64,000 nucleotides of DNA from Camelus ferus (taxonomy: Eukaryota). Location of the stretch: the NCBI RefSeq assembly GCF_009834535.1, contig NC_045697.1, positions 90,274,001 through 90,338,000 of the forward strand, given 5' to 3'. The notes beneath the pieces are model-generated. The model saw only the letters and a list, made by a program, of their open reading frames with translations. It was not told the DNA's origin and did no database searches. The translations under genes were made by a program, and so were the position numbers. Positions within the stretch are counted from its first letter, which is position 1; every line of letters starts with the position of its first letter. This document shows positions 12,955 to 27,100 of this stretch, in pieces.

Positions 12955-14088
12955 ACAGATTTAATGCAATTCCTATCAAATTACCCAGGACATATTTCAC
13001 AGAACTAGAACAAATCATAATAAAATTTATATGGAACCATCAAAGACCTAGAATTGCCAAAGCATTACTGAAAAGAAACAAAGAGGCTGGAGGAATAACT
13101 CTCCCAGACTTCAGACAATACTATAGAGCTACAGTCATCAAGACAGCATGGTATCGGTACAAAAACAGACATACAGACCAATGGAACAGAACAGAGAGCC
13201 CAGAAATGAACTCACAAACTTTTGGTCAACTAATCTTCGACAAAGGAGGCAAGAATATACAATGGAATAAAGACAGTCTCTTCAGCAAATGGTGTTGGGA
13301 AAACTGGACAGCAGCATGTAAAACTATGAAGCTAGAACACTCCCTTACACTATACACAAAAATAAACTCAAAATGAATCAAAGACTTAAACATAAGACAA
13401 GATACAATAAACCTCCTAGAGGAAAATATAGGCAAAACATTATCTGACATACATCTCAAACTCAGTCATGCCACTCCTGGGCATATATCCAGAAGGAACC
13501 CTACTTCAAAAAGACACCTGCACCCCAATGTTCATAGCAGCACTATTTACAATAGCCAAGACATGGAAACAGCCTAAATGTCCATCAACAGATGACTGGA
13601 TAAAGAAGCTGTGGTATATTTATACAATGGAATACTATTCAGCCATAAAAACCAACAACATAACGCCACTTGCAGCAACATGGGTGCTCCTGGAGAATGT
13701 CATTCTAAGTGAAGTAAGCCAGAAAGAGAAGGAAAAATACCATATGAGATACCATATGATAGAACGGACATAAATACAAAACAGAAACAGACTCACAGAC
13801 ATAGAATACAAACTTGTGGTTGCCAAGGGGGCGGAAGGTGGGAAGGGACAGACTGGGATTTCAAAATTTGTAGATACTGACAGGCATATGCAGAATAGAT
13901 AAATAAGATTATACTGTATAGCACAGGGAAATATATACAAGATCTTGTGGTAGCTCACAGTGAAAAAAAATGTGACAATGAATATATATATGTTCATGTA
14001 TAACTGAAAAATTGTGCTCTACACTGGAATTTGACACAACATAGTAAAATGACTATAATTCAATTAAAAAAAAAGTTAAAAAAAAAAA
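12955..14088 (+). mobile_element. 5'-truncated lineage-specific L1 (ORF2 3' part, 3' UTR, A tail) with internal deletion at 13460/13461
   Basis: Close match to 39831-40336, then jumps to the equivalent of 40853; peptide [25 protein letters not shown]-rich tail; no TSD found. Confidence 0.93.
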
Positions 14089-16534
14089 GTAAGTGGCATC
14101 AGTGAAAGCACTGAGATGTGAAGCAGCATAGTATCTTAGAGGAGGGCAAGTTCAGCACTGCTGGAACATAAACAGTACGGATAATGATGGGAAGAGGGGA
14201 AATGGATCGGAGTTAATTATACTAGAGTAAAGATGAAGACTATGATGACTTTGCATTCTCTGCTAACCTGCTTATTTTAAAAGCCAGAGGAAAGTATTGC
14301 AAGGTTTTAAATGGAAGGGTCGCTTCACTAGTAATACCTGCATTTTGAAAGATTAGTACAAGCCAAGCCAGAAGATAGGAAGACCAGACAGAAGCAGCTG
14401 CAATGGTCAAAACTTGAGACAATGAAGGTTTGAACCATGGCAGGGGAATAGCAGATAAAGGAGAAGTCCAGAAGATGTTTGAGGACAGATACTGGTTGAA
14501 TTTAGGATCTAAAAATCAATAAGCATGGGTTATTTGTTGATTGTGGGGAGATAATGAAGGGAGACTTTTAGATGCCATGCATGTACTACTTAAAAATACA
14601 GAGATAAATTTCAGCCCTTCTGCTTGTCTTCTAGGCTGCCATTCCATTCTCCTAATCATCATTCCTCCACCTGCTTCCTGCCTTCCAGATACTTGTTAAA
14701 ATATTTGTTTGTTCAAGAAATGCTTTCTCATTCTTCTCACTATATGCTTATTTCATTATCATTATCTAATTCTCATGTTAACATTTACATGGGCAGGAGA
14801 TGCGTTCAAATGGATGGACTTCATCTGCCATCCTGACCTGATACACATTATACATATCACTTAGTGAAAATTAACATGTGCCTAATTCAGGACTAAACCC
14901 TGGTGAAGCACATTCATTTCCTGATGGAAAATCATGTCTATTTCTTGGCAGGTATAGTTAGTTTAAAATACTTTTCATGTGTATTTTGTTCTCAGATTTT
15001 GATTTCAGTAGTATAATCATTGTGGGTATTATTGGTCAGATTAAATGGGAACTTTTAGAAGTGGAATATTTCATCCACATTTATTTTCGGCCATTTATTT
15101 TGCTAGTTTTACCTCTCTTGGTTTAAGCAAGAACAGCAGCCTGCTCATTTCCATTTTGGTCTAGTGTCAATGTCCACTTCAGAGCACTTCTCATTTCCTC
15201 AGAACAAAGCCTTTCCTAAGCCGAGGGATCGTGGTTAGTGACCACATGGAATGGAAAGGATAAGAGAGGCAGCTAAAGGGACAAGAAACAGCTGGAAACC
15301 ATTGAAGAAAGCTATAGAAATAAAAACAGGAATAAAAGTAAGAATATGACTAATGTTTGATATCGAATGTCACAAAATATTTTGGAAGTTTTGAGTTGTC
15401 TTTTCCTGGGTAACAGCCTTAAAAATCTATGTCCACTGTCTACTTTAAATCTCTTCTGGAATGAGGAGGTGTCATGCCCACATATAAACCAAATCAAAAC
15501 AGAACAGCAGTCATCAGCAAAGACTAAAATCTTACTGTGTGAAGGACAAATGAAGGTTTCTTTTGACAATAAAATGGCTCTGACTTGATATTTTATTGAT
15601 TTAGTGTTTTGACTTTTGACATCCAATTTGGGAACTCTAGCTCAGACCAGTTGGAAATCATAAGGCCTTCTCCCAGATCCATTAATTCAGGGATTCTTGA
15701 AGGTCAACTGCTCTTTAGTTTAATTCCTCACTATTTCATAAAACTGCCTCTCCAATTTCTTAGTACCTCCAACAACAACAAAACCGTATTTGCCAAGATG
15801 CAGTAACTTCCAGTCAGATACCACCAAAGGAAAATAATGGCATGAAGAATATTCACATAGGAAAATACAAATTTTGCCTTCACAGATAAAGTTATTGCTC
15901 CAAGAGCATCAGAAACCACATCCTGTTCCTAATGCTTACTGTCCACCACCCTGAATATCCTGCTGGCATCACAAGACCTCCAGCAATGTACTAGTGGAAC
16001 ACAATAGGTCAGTTGGAGAAGGAGATGATGTTTTTCCACCTAATTATCAAAGCCCTCAGTTTAATGATAAAGGAAAGAAACCTTCAGAGTTCTAATACAA
16101 CTTGGACTTGATTCAGTGACTCCTAAAGCAGAGAAAAGATTTCTGTAGGTAGGATAGGGGTTTTGTATGGTATTATTATTTTGATCAAAGGGAAAACTGC
16201 CAGCTCTCCAGTCATTAAACCAAAATGTCTTAAATTCATCCATGAAAAATAGCAGATACTTTTTACAACCGAAATAACAGGAGAGAAGACAAACTCACTG
16301 CATGTGTGTGGCCTCTAAAAGAGAGGAGTGTTCGTATTCTAAAGCTACTGACTAATAATTGTCTGTTAGCCACACCATCACCATCCCAACAGGTATAGTT
16401 AGTGATGAGGATCTGTGACTCTCTAACTAACCATGTTAACTTACATTCATCATAAAGATTCCAGAGTCGTTTTAACAGGAAAAAATAGCATATCTTTATT
16501 TCTCTGGTGTTTTGGCATGACTGAACGATGTGTT

Positions 16535-16760
16535 TTAATACTTACTCAGACTCTACTGTGTCAGAAACTATGCATGTTGCTTTGCATATGTTATTTCATT
16601 CAATTCTGATGGCAATTCTGTGAAGTCTTCTGTATTATTCCCATTTTACAAAGGTGGAAACTTATGCTCAGACAGGTTTGATAACAAGTATCACAGCCAA
16701 CAAATGGTAGGGCTGGGATCTGAACCCAGGTCAACTAACTATACAACATCACACTGCTTC
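16535..16760 (-). mobile_element. MIR SINE
   Basis: attattcccattttacaaaggtggaaacttatgctcagacagg and gggctgggatctgaacccagg. Confidence 0.85.
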
Positions 16761-16901
16761 CTCGGGGCTACAATACACACAAAATCTTTTTATTTTCCAG
16801 TTGTTTTCCTCTGTTTTCACTCAGAGATCCTTTTATGTTTCCTAATAGTTTTTACCTAAATATTTTCATAAATTTGTTGATTCCCATGTTTGTTGTCCAC
16901 A

Positions 16902-17263
16902 AAACGTAAAGTTAGCAGAAGGAAAGAAATAATAAAGATCAGGGAGGAAATAAATAAAATAGAGATTAAAAAATACTAGAAAAAAATCAATCAAATCATG
17001 AGCTGGTTTTTGTGAAAGAGTAAACAAAATCGACAAACCTCTGACCAGGCTTACCAAGAAGAAAATAGAAAGGACTTCTATAAACAAAATAAGAAATGAA
17101 AGAGGAGAAATTACAACCAATACTAGAGAAATATAAAAAGAGAGAGAGAAATACTATGAACAATTATATGGCAACAAATTGGACAACCTAGAAGAAATGG
17201 ACAAGTTTCTAGAAACATACAGTCCATCAAAACTGAATCAAGAAGAAACATAATTTGAACAGA
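16902..17263 (+). mobile_element. Internal L1 ORF2 fragment (362 bp) between 19-bp direct repeats
   Basis: Aligns to about 38355-38720; flanks cccatgtttgttgtccaca (16883-16901) and cccatgtttattgtccaca (17264-17282). Confidence 0.9.
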
Positions 17264-17284
17264 CCCATGTTTATTGTCCACATC

Positions 17285-17395
17285 ATCTACTAGATAGTAA
17301 CCTCTTTGATAGCTGAGACCACGTCTGCCTTCTTCATTTTTGTATCTAAAACACCTGGCACAGAGTAGCAGGAACTCAATAAATACTTGTTGAAA
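17285..17395 (+). mobile_element. L2 3' end
   Basis: acacctggcacagagtagcaggaactcaataaatacttgttgaa. Confidence 0.75.
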
Positions 17396-19759
17396 TTAAA
17401 GAGTAAGTAGATGTTCTCCTCAGTAAAATATCTGCTCTAGCGTACTAGTCACTTTACACTTCCCAGACTGTGCCACGCTCGTTTGCCTTTGCGGTCTGGG
17501 TCCCATAACGCCACATTCTTGGAAAGAACCTCAGTCTTCTTTTCCCACACAACTCCTACTGAGCCACAAGGAAATAGCAAAAGGCCTCTCTTGTTCCAGA
17601 ATCAGTACCGTTCACAGTGAAATGCTGACTCTCCTTTGTTTCTGAATTCACGTAACTTCTTTTCTATTCCCTTCATCTAATTCTACTTTGTGAACTCATT
17701 TTTTGGTGTGTAATTTGTTTTTATGAGTGTGCATGTGTTTTTCCCACCTCTAAGTTAAAAGATATATGAAGTATTGTGTGCTGTAATTCCTTTTCTCTTC
17801 CCTAAAAATCTAGCACTTCTATACAAAGTAGGTCCTTTGAGCTAAATAAGTAAGTAAATGAACACTTAGAAATTGTAGAGTATTACAATTAAAAAATGAG
17901 CTGTAAGTATTATCTGTGGTGAAATAGGCTGTTCATGTGAAATTAAGTCAGGGCATTTTATTACCTGGAAGACTGGTTAACTTCAGCCTTTGCTTTTACC
18001 TGGACAAACTAATAATCCTATAAATATGTAAGAAGAAAGTATACTAAATGGGGGCAAGCGGTTCCTTGCCCATGCAGGAGTGTACAGTCTTCCCACAGAC
18101 CTCATGCTCCTTCCAAAAAAACAGAAATGCCGCCAATGAATAAAAGACATCCCTTATGTTCTCTCTCCTCTCTGCCCTCAAGCTATCTATTGCTGGCTCC
18201 ATGTAAAGATGTAGAACAGAAGCAAAAAAGAAATTACCAGTGGGGCTTCCAGAGAACTCTAGCTGTTACTGCATAAAGGATACACAAATAAATCATTATT
18301 TCATCATTCCCAACTGCCTGCAGAGAAAATTCAACAGCTCTAACCTGTCTTAATTTAGATTGCCAATAAACAACAAATGAATGTTAGAGCTAAAAAAAAA
18401 AAAAATCGAAGCTCTGAAGAAGCAGCATGTGTTACTTCAAATGAGATGAAGCTTGAAATCTTCAGTTTGTTGAATATCTCTTCACACAACTGTCCACGGC
18501 TGAATTTTCCATAGTGTAACAAATAGCCACTGAAATAGTATCCTCTGCTGTATTCAGAGATGTCTGGCTCAGTAGGCTGTGATTCAGCCCCTCAGGTAAG
18601 TTCAGGTTTGACATGGTTTACAAAGATCAGGTACGTAGGCTCTTGTTACAGCAGATGAAATCATTCCACAGTTCTAGCAGCTAGAGAAGACCTGGTCCTT
18701 CAGTGTCCAGCTCCATCCATGCAGCTGAGCTCATGTTGCTGACTTCCACTAAGAAAACAGACTAAGGGGCCTCAAGACTCAAAGACAAAATATAAATTTA
18801 AAAATAATAATACACTCATGGTTCCAACTGTCCACACATTCTCAGCTAGGTTGCACCTATGTTACATTACTCAGCATGTGGTTTCAATTTTAACAACAAT
18901 GCACATTTGTTCAAGAGCATGCTAGCTGTTAACTTCACTTCTCACTGTGTTTAAATATGCCATGGCCTGTGACTCCATTTTAGGGGTCAAATGTCTGGCA
19001 TGTGCCTGCTATGTTATGGTCGGTATAATCTTATAGATTATCCAAGCTACAGAGCCGGAATCTTTGATGTCAAAAAGGCCTCTGTATATGTGATAGGTAC
19101 ATAATGTATACCTGTATATATGAACAAGAAGAAAGGCATAAAGTAGAAAAAAGGACAAACAACCCATCAGCATGAAAAGCCATTCCCTTGCTATTTCTGG
19201 ACTGACTGACACACAGCAGTGTTAAGCTTTGCTCCCTTTTCAAAATATAGAAGCCAAGCTGACCACCTTTAACTGTTGTTCACTTGGAGACTTCTTTCTT
19301 CACAATGAAGGATTATATTACACTTCAGAATTTCACAGCAGAATTTGATACCACTTGGTATTTATCGAAACATTCATGTTCACAGCATCAAGTATTTCAA
19401 CATTCATGATTTATGGTTCTCTCACCTCTATAGTTTTAGCTATAGACTCTTGAAGGGGACATAAAAAGTTAAAAGGAATTCACTGATCCTACTCCAAAGA
19501 GTATCCCTTTATGTTCAGCTATTAAGGACTTGTATGTTGTAACAGAACATTGTGACTTGATTTCCCTAAAAAACAAGGCTCTAGAAATCACATGAGAATT
19601 TTTGTTCTTTGGAAAAAAACTAAAGGTAGTTTCCTGAAGCTCAAGAATAATTTTCTAATTCTTAGGAACTCCTTTCCAGTAGTGTGTTTTCCTTCCACCA
19701 TCTTATTCTTCTTCATCTTTACTACCATTAGGTATAAACGTAGCTGCAGTCAAGTAAAG

Positions 19760-19940
19760 AGCATTATCTTCATATTAGAAGATCTGAATACTGATTGCAG
19801 CTCTATAACTCATTAGCCATGATAGCTTATTCAACTCATTAAAATCATTTATGACTGGGGTTCCTCAAATATTAAATGGAACTCATAATTCCTCCTTACA
19901 GGGTGAATCAGAAGATGAAATTAGATAAAGCATGGAATAA
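19760..19940 (+). mobile_element. MIR SINE, degenerate
   Basis: agatctgaatactgattgcagctcta...ttcctcaaatattaaatggaactcataattcct. Confidence 0.55.
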
Positions 19941-21097
19941 TAACCACAGAAATGTTAAATCATGGACCAAAGATTCAAAAATATCAAAGTTTGAGAAACT
20001 TAGTTTCTTGTGGCTACCAGATGAACAAAGAAAAGAGCAACAGGATAAAAAATGCTGGAGGAGGAGAAAATTTGAGAACACTAACCACAACAACAGCAAT
20101 CATTTATATTTAGAGATATCTCTACTTTGCATAGTAAAAAATAATAATAATAATAAATAAGCCTTCCAGACCTCACTGCAAGGAACAAGAGCTATGCTGC
20201 AGCTACAAGACTGTCACACAGTGTTGCCATCCCTTAGGTTTCATGGCATCAAAGGAGGCAATTCAGACCAACTATCCAGTCACTGATTGGCTACGGACCT
20301 CTTTTGAATTTAATCCCAAATCGAAATGAGTCCAACTAAAGCTTTAAATAATAAAGCATACATTAAAGTTCATCTGCCACCACTGTTCATCCCTCCCAAA
20401 TGTTCTCAGTCCCCAAATCCCATTCTCCCTTTAGTGATACACTCCCTCAATTTATACCTTTGAATGAGTATTACATCCCAGCAGAACCAACTCAGAGGTA
20501 TCTGAACCTAAATCCTATTTACTCTTCCCTTTCTCTCCCACTAAGCCAATTCATCAAGAAATCAAGATTTATTTAGGATAGGGCTTCCTCTGAGGTTCCT
20601 CCAATTAAATCCTATTTACATTTCATAATTTAATTAGTGCATTCAAAGTAAGCTCCTCTGCCTTCGACAATGAACAGATCACTCTCTCACAAAAGATGCA
20701 GAGAGGATGACGGCATTTGTTTTTGTGTTCTCAGGGTCTATGATCCCGACAGGGGTCACTTTTTTCAGAAAAATTACCAGTTAGAATGGGAACCTTATTT
20801 CCAACCATGGCCTGCTTTTCACCAAATACAGAATCGACAGTACTCAAGAGCATGCACAGCTTCAGCTATTACATCCAAAACTACACATCTAGTTCACACC
20901 TATCTCCTGGACTAAGAATAAGGTTTCCAATTAGATGTTCCCACATAGATATTCCACAGGTATTTCAATTCAACATGCTCAAAACCAACTTACTGTTTTC
21001 CACCCATCATTTCTTGACACTAAAACTTGCTGCTTCTCCTGAATTCCCTAAATTTGAATTTAAAAACTCTCAAATCCAGAATTATAAGACATTACAT

Positions 21098-21900
21098 TGT
21101 CATGTATAGTAAGAAATGCACATTTGGTCTTTGACCACTCCTCCTGGCACAGAGCTCCTAAAACCCTTGGAACTCCCTAAGTGATAAGAACAACAAATGT
21201 ATCTTTCGTTATGCTAATGGAGTGACTTTTGAACTCCACCAAAGGATGGAGGCTGACTGCCAGAATAACCAATAAGGTGACTAGAGGGTTGGAAATTTCA
21301 GTCCCACCCCTCTTACTTCCAGGAAGGGGAGAGAGAACTGAAGGTTTAGCCAATCACCAGTGGTCAGTGATTTAATCAACCATGCCTATGAAATGAAGCC
21401 TCCATTAAAACCCTGAAGGATGTGTTTCAGAGAGCTTCTGGGTTGCTGAACACATGGTGAGATCTGTGGAGAGTGGTGCACTTAAATAGGGCATGGAAGC
21501 TCTGAGCCCACATATCATGCCCTATACATCTCCTCTACCTGGCTGTTCCTGAACAATATCCTTTTATAATAAACAGGTAACCTAGTAAGGAAAATGTATC
21601 TCTGAGTTCTGTGAGCTACTCTAGCAAATTAATAAAACCCAAGGAGTGGGTCATGGGAACCTCCAAGCTATAGCCGTTTAGAAGTAGGGGTGACAACCTG
21701 GACTTGTGATTGGTGTCTGAAGTTGGTGAGGAGGAATGATGGAGCAGTCTTGTAGAACTCAACCCTTAACTCATGGAATCTGATGCTATCTTCAAGTAGA
21801 TGGTGCTGGAATTGAGTTGAATTGTAGGAAACCCAGCTGGTATAAAAGAACTGCTTGATGGTACAGGGAAACACGCACACCCTGGAATTAGAATCAGAAT
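21098..21900 (+). mobile_element. MER21-like ERV solo LTR, apparently inserted within L2 remnants
   Basis: atttggtctttgaccactcctcctggcacagagctcctaaaacccttggaa and tctgagttctgtgagctactctagcaaattaat are MER21 hallmarks from memory. Confidence 0.8.
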
Positions 21901-22669
21901 TATATAAGAATTATTGTTTATTCCTCCCTATCCTTCTCTCATCTAATTAGTAACTGCATCCTATCAGGCCTACCTCTAAAATATTAACACCAGTTCTTCT
22001 TCTCTATCAACCTCCACCAATACTCTGACTCAGTCTTTATCATCATTTATTTGAACTACCACAAACAGCTTGTAGGCCAAGACTCTGACTTTCCACTGAA
22101 GCCAGAATTTCATTCTAATAAAATTGGATCATTTGATCCTTCTAAATCTAACTCTAACCCTACTGGTAACTTTGATAACATGTCAGAATCTGTGAGATGG
22201 AGCTCAAGCAGTTATCAGAGAAAAACTTACAGTATTACATACCTAACTCATAAAGATGTACTCCCTAAGCTAATTTATAAACTAAATACTATCCAACTTT
22301 TTATTTAAATGCCATCAGGTGTTTTCTTAAAGCTGGATAAGCTCATCAAAAATTCATTTTAAAAATGATCAAGAAAAGCCAGTAATATATTGGAAAAAAA
22401 GATCAGTGAGGAGAAGCAAGCACAGACAGTCCTTTTGAAAACAGTATTAAGCTTCTATGATTACAACAGTTTGATATTAGCCCAAAATTAGACAAACAGA
22501 CTAGCAAACAAAACAGAAAAATCCAGAAATAGATCAAATTACATATGGACATTTAGTTTATAATAAAGGCTGCATCTCCTATCACTGAGTTTATCAGTCA
22601 ATGTCCACTCAAAAAATTAACCCTCCAGTAATTTGAACAAGGAAATTTTAATATAAATAATTATTAACT

Positions 22670-23250
22670 GTAACAAGGAATTGAAGTACAAGAGATTGGC
22701 TAGTAAGAGGTAAAGAAAACTGTATAGAATATAGGAGTAGCAGACATAAGGAACAGCCACTCCTCTAGTGCTGAGATAAAGAGTACCCAAGTAAGAGCAA
22801 ACACACAAACACACCAGGACTGAGATCCAGATCTTGTTGAAGAGGGGAGTACCATGAAACACTGGATGACTGAGAAATTGCTCTGCTGACACACCAGCAG
22901 AACTCACTGAAATCCACCCTCTGGGGTGCCGAGGGAAGTCATCCTCGGGACAGTTTCACGCTATATAACCTGCCGCAAAAGCATACAAGGAATTTTCAGA
23001 AAGTTTCTAACAACTGGACATGCTGACCAATAGTCACTGCAAGAGCTGGGTGCTGGAGAGCTGCCTGTGCTATAGGAGCCAGGCCCAAGAGAAACCTCTT
23101 TCTACTCCAGTGTCCTTCCAGCACTCTCTGCTGACAAAACTTAACATGGTGCCAGCTGGCTTAGGAGGAAAATTTACAGTGCTCATCTCAATTACTCAGA
23201 GTAGCCAATGAGGTCTGAGTTGGGAGCTGAGCAGCAATAAATTGTCATAC
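22670..23250 (-). mobile_element. ERVL solo LTR (LTR33-like)
   Basis: ctgctgacaaaacttaacatggtgccagctggc...ggagctgagcagcaataaattg; family from memory. Confidence 0.55.
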
Positions 23251-23848
23251 TGTGGGAACACAGACTATAAATGGTGTTATATAAGACTGGATTCTTTTAT
23301 TAAACCATATGCCATGTAAATACCAAAATCAATCAAGGATTTAAATGTAAAAAAATGAAACCATACAAGAACTAGACATAAGGGTAAATGCCTGTAACTT
23401 GGGAGTAGGGAAATTTTCCTAACTATGAATCTAAATCCAGAAGTAGTTAGAGAAAGGACTTATAAACTTAATTCCATAAAAAATTTTACATTTTTTACCA
23501 AAAAAAAATAAAAATAAGAATAAATGACAGAGACAAATATTTGCAATTTATATACCAAAAGCCAAGAATCAATATTCCTGATACATAAAGAGTTGTTAAA
23601 ATAAAGAAGAAAAAGGCCAACAACCAAAACAAGCTAGAAATATGAAGAAACAGTTTACAGTAAAAGAAATACAAATGACTTTTTAACCATTTGAAAAGAT
23701 GCTTGATCTCAAGTCTTTATAAGGGAAATGAAAATTAATTATATTAATTAACTATACCATCACATATATACATATATCCATAAGTATATATATGTAGTAC
23801 TAGTCTATATATATACACACACACACATACACACACACAATGTTTATA

Positions 23849-24131
23849 TAGTCGTCCCTTGGTATCCACGGTATATTGGTTCTAGGACCCACTGTGGATA
23901 CCAAAATCTGCAGATGCTCAAGTCCCATAGTTCGCCCTCAGTATCCTCAGACTCCATGTCCATGGTTTCAACCAACCTCAGATTATAAACATAGTACAGG
24001 ATCCAAGGTTGGTTGACTCCGTGGATGCAAAACCTGCAGATATGGAGAAACAATTGTATATATTTATTGAAAACAATCCATGTATAAGTGGATCCACACA
24101 GTTCAAAACCATGTTGTTCAAGAGTCAACTG
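23849..24131. mobile_element. MER8/MER2B-like Tigger MITE
   Basis: Left end (c>t)agtcgtcccttggtatcc...gataccaaaatc, right end gttgttcaagagtcaactg, TA flanks within (TA/CA)-rich simple repeats. Confidence 0.85.
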
Positions 24132-27100
24132 TATATGTATATATACATGTATATGTACATATATATACAAGTTGTATATTTAGTATTTATATTTCTTTAT
24201 ATCTTTTGAAAAGTGGAACGATAAAACATGAAAAATTTTAATGGTTACCTATAGGGGATGGGAGTGAACAGGGTAGAAGAACCAGTGACAGAAGCCAGAC
24301 TTCTTTGTAAATAGCTTATTTTATAGATCTGCCTTTGGAATCATGTAATTATTTATAAAATAAATACCAAAGCAATTCCTAAAAACTGCAAATAAAATGA
24401 ACATAAGTATATATACATTTAATGGCATAACCATTCAGAGAGTACCTACTATAAGTGATTCTAAAATATAGTAAATTAGAGTAATTTATAGAAATTTATA
24501 TATAGTAATGATACATCTTACATCATTTTCAATAGTCAATGATTCATCTTAAATCCTTTCACTTTCGTCTTAAATCATACTGGCATCATTATTCTGAGAC
24601 AGTTGTATATATTCTGTGAGATAATGCAAATGAGTACTTATTTTGTTGTTGTTAAGAACCAAGATTTTCCACAAGGTTGAAAGGAGATAAAGATGTAAAA
24701 TAGACAAGTAAAAACTCTTTAGTCCTCATTTAAGTAATAGTAAGAATTCATGGTCTAACTTATCTTATAAATGCATAGTATGGCCCTATGGCCTCTAAAC
24801 ACCATATTCCACTAAAAGGAATCAGGGCTCTTTCAAAAAAAAAATGACTGATTCCAAGTCTGGCACAGGAAATGTGCAAGATGAGCCTGGAATATCTTGT
24901 CATTCCAGAAGGAAAGAAGCAATTAAGAAGTGTTGGAGTGTTGGGGTTGGTGGGGGATGGGGAGGCAGTGGTCATGTCAAAAGTCTCAGGAACCAACCTG
25001 CGTAAGTTCCAATTACATAAACTTCAGACAACATTCTGAGATGGATGAAATGTATTTTAACTTACATATTCAAAATAATACCGCCATGAATCTTCCCTCC
25101 TCCCCTCTGCAAAAAATAAAAGGCATTTTTGCAAGATTTTAAGGAACCACTGTTATTTTGAAAACTGTATTTAAATGGAAAGAATTAAACTGTTTCTGGG
25201 GCCTTTCTTCTACAGCCTCTACCTTAAGTGAATGATGGTCAATGAGTAAAAGTTACTTATAGAAATTCTGCAGCTAACAACAAAAACAGGAAATAACAGA
25301 ATTACCATTTTGCAACTCCAAATGAAGTAACAAACCTAGACAATGATCATCAATGACAGATAACTCACAGAAAGAAATGCCAAGACATTATGTACCTTCT
25401 GGGAAGTACAGAACACCATGTAAGAAGTAATCTTTAAAAAACAAAACAAAACAAAAAAAACCCTCAAACCTGAACTTGATCAGTTCTCTAGATCTAATGA
25501 TCCATTTACTGGAAATACAAAAGAGAGAAATATGTTAAACAACCCCCCATGGGGATGCAAAAGAAGAAGAAAAGTGGAGGGGACCTTATAGACTTAAAGA
25601 CTTGAGAAACACGATTTTAAGTAATCACAGTGTATGCCCTTATTATACGGATCCTCATTCAAACAAATCTTTAAAAAACATAACGATAATTGAGAAAATG
25701 TTAATACAGACTGGGCATTTGACGGTATTGAGGTTTTTGTTAATTTTCAGGTATAATAATTGTGATTGTGTTTTTTACTGAAAATCTGCATCTTTATGAT
25801 ATATATATAATTAAATATTTACAGATAAATGATATAATATCTGGGAGTTGCTTCAAAATAGTTCTAGGTTAGAAGGACAGGTATGCTGGTGGTTGTGGGC
25901 ACAGATGATACAGAACTGACAGTATGTTGCTGACTGTGGAAACTGAGAGATGTACACATCAGTTCACTTTTTTTTATTATTCCTTCTTCTTTCCTATATG
26001 TTTTTAAATGTCTATAATAAAGTTTTATAAAATGTAATGAATAATAATAGGCATAATCAGATGCAATTTAACAGACTAAATCAGAGATGTGGAAACACAA
26101 TTATTTAACAAGAGAGTCAAGATTAGTATAGGTTTTAACTCCTAGTCTAGTGCTCTTTCCACTACATCATATTGCAGCAGCCATTCACTCAGACTTCTAA
26201 AATTCTTGTTATGTAGCAGAACAGAAGTCTATGTAAATTCCACACTTTAAAGAAAAATAATAACATTAATTCTCTTTCAAAAAATATCCAGCATGGTGCC
26301 TCAGGAAAAAGAAATAATATTCTCAAGAAAGATTTTACTTGTTTAGAGAGACATAAACCAGATCACCAAACAAATCTTGGTCCTTAAACTACAACACTTA
26401 AAAAAAAAAATAGTGTTAAACAACATGAAGAAAAACAAAAGCTATTCTTAAATAAGCCTCACAGACAGAAACTGGATGAGGATCTGACTGTAGCAATATA
26501 TTCAAAAACATTAAAGAATTTTCCACTCCCACCATACCATGCTCCAAGAAACCAAATGTAAAGCAATGTCATTCTTTAATGATACAAATAAATCTATTTT
26601 TTGAAGACAATGCCTAGATGTATAAAATGTGCTACTAACAATAAAAGAACTAAGCTCACAGGGTGACACTTCAGAGGAAGCACTTAGTGGGTGAGTTAGG
26701 GGTGCAGACCCAGGCTTTGCTTTCCAAGAGATGCCCTTTATAGTCTCCACACTGAGTTTTTCATCCAGAGTCTAGAATGTGCTGTCCCATCCTAGACCTT
26801 CAAGGATCCACTGTAGCTTAGAGGAAACTGGGTTCTGAAATTACATAATATTTCAGATTTAATGGTTACTGTGTTGTGCTATAAATCAATTAAACTAGAA
26901 AGGTCATAAAAGAAATGTGGTTGGCCCAGCAGCCCCCCTCCAAGCCTATGGATTCACACATCAATACAAATTTATTGATAATAATAATATCCAATGCATA
27001 TCCTCCAACACAGTGGAACTTTGCAATACTAATAAATTTAACTGTCTTTTTTAAAAGCTACATTTAGACATTTTATGGAAATTTCTAGCTACACCAAAAA

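Larger units (their letters stand above)
22250..26030 (+). mobile_element. Ancient fragmented L1M (L1ME/MC-like) ORF2 3' region and 3' UTR, interrupted by an LTR and a Tigger MITE
   Basis: Degraded L1 motifs (ctccctaagctaatttataaactaaatac, tccagaaatagatc, atatttgcaattta); boundaries approximate. Confidence 0.6.

Noticed and set aside
13455..13470. Spliced L1 RNA as cause of the 516-bp gap
   Set aside because: The missing segment does not start with GT, and the nearby CAG is retained rather than removed
15940..16039. Possible minus-strand exon (ataattag ... gtaagc)
   Set aside because: Weak pyrimidine tract and unrecognised peptide; similar chance candidates occur near 9750, 45370 and 62100
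23849..24131. Novel chimeric transposon with unlike ends
   Set aside because: A MER2-type left end with a Tigger2-type right end matches the known MER8/MER2B layout as I recall it
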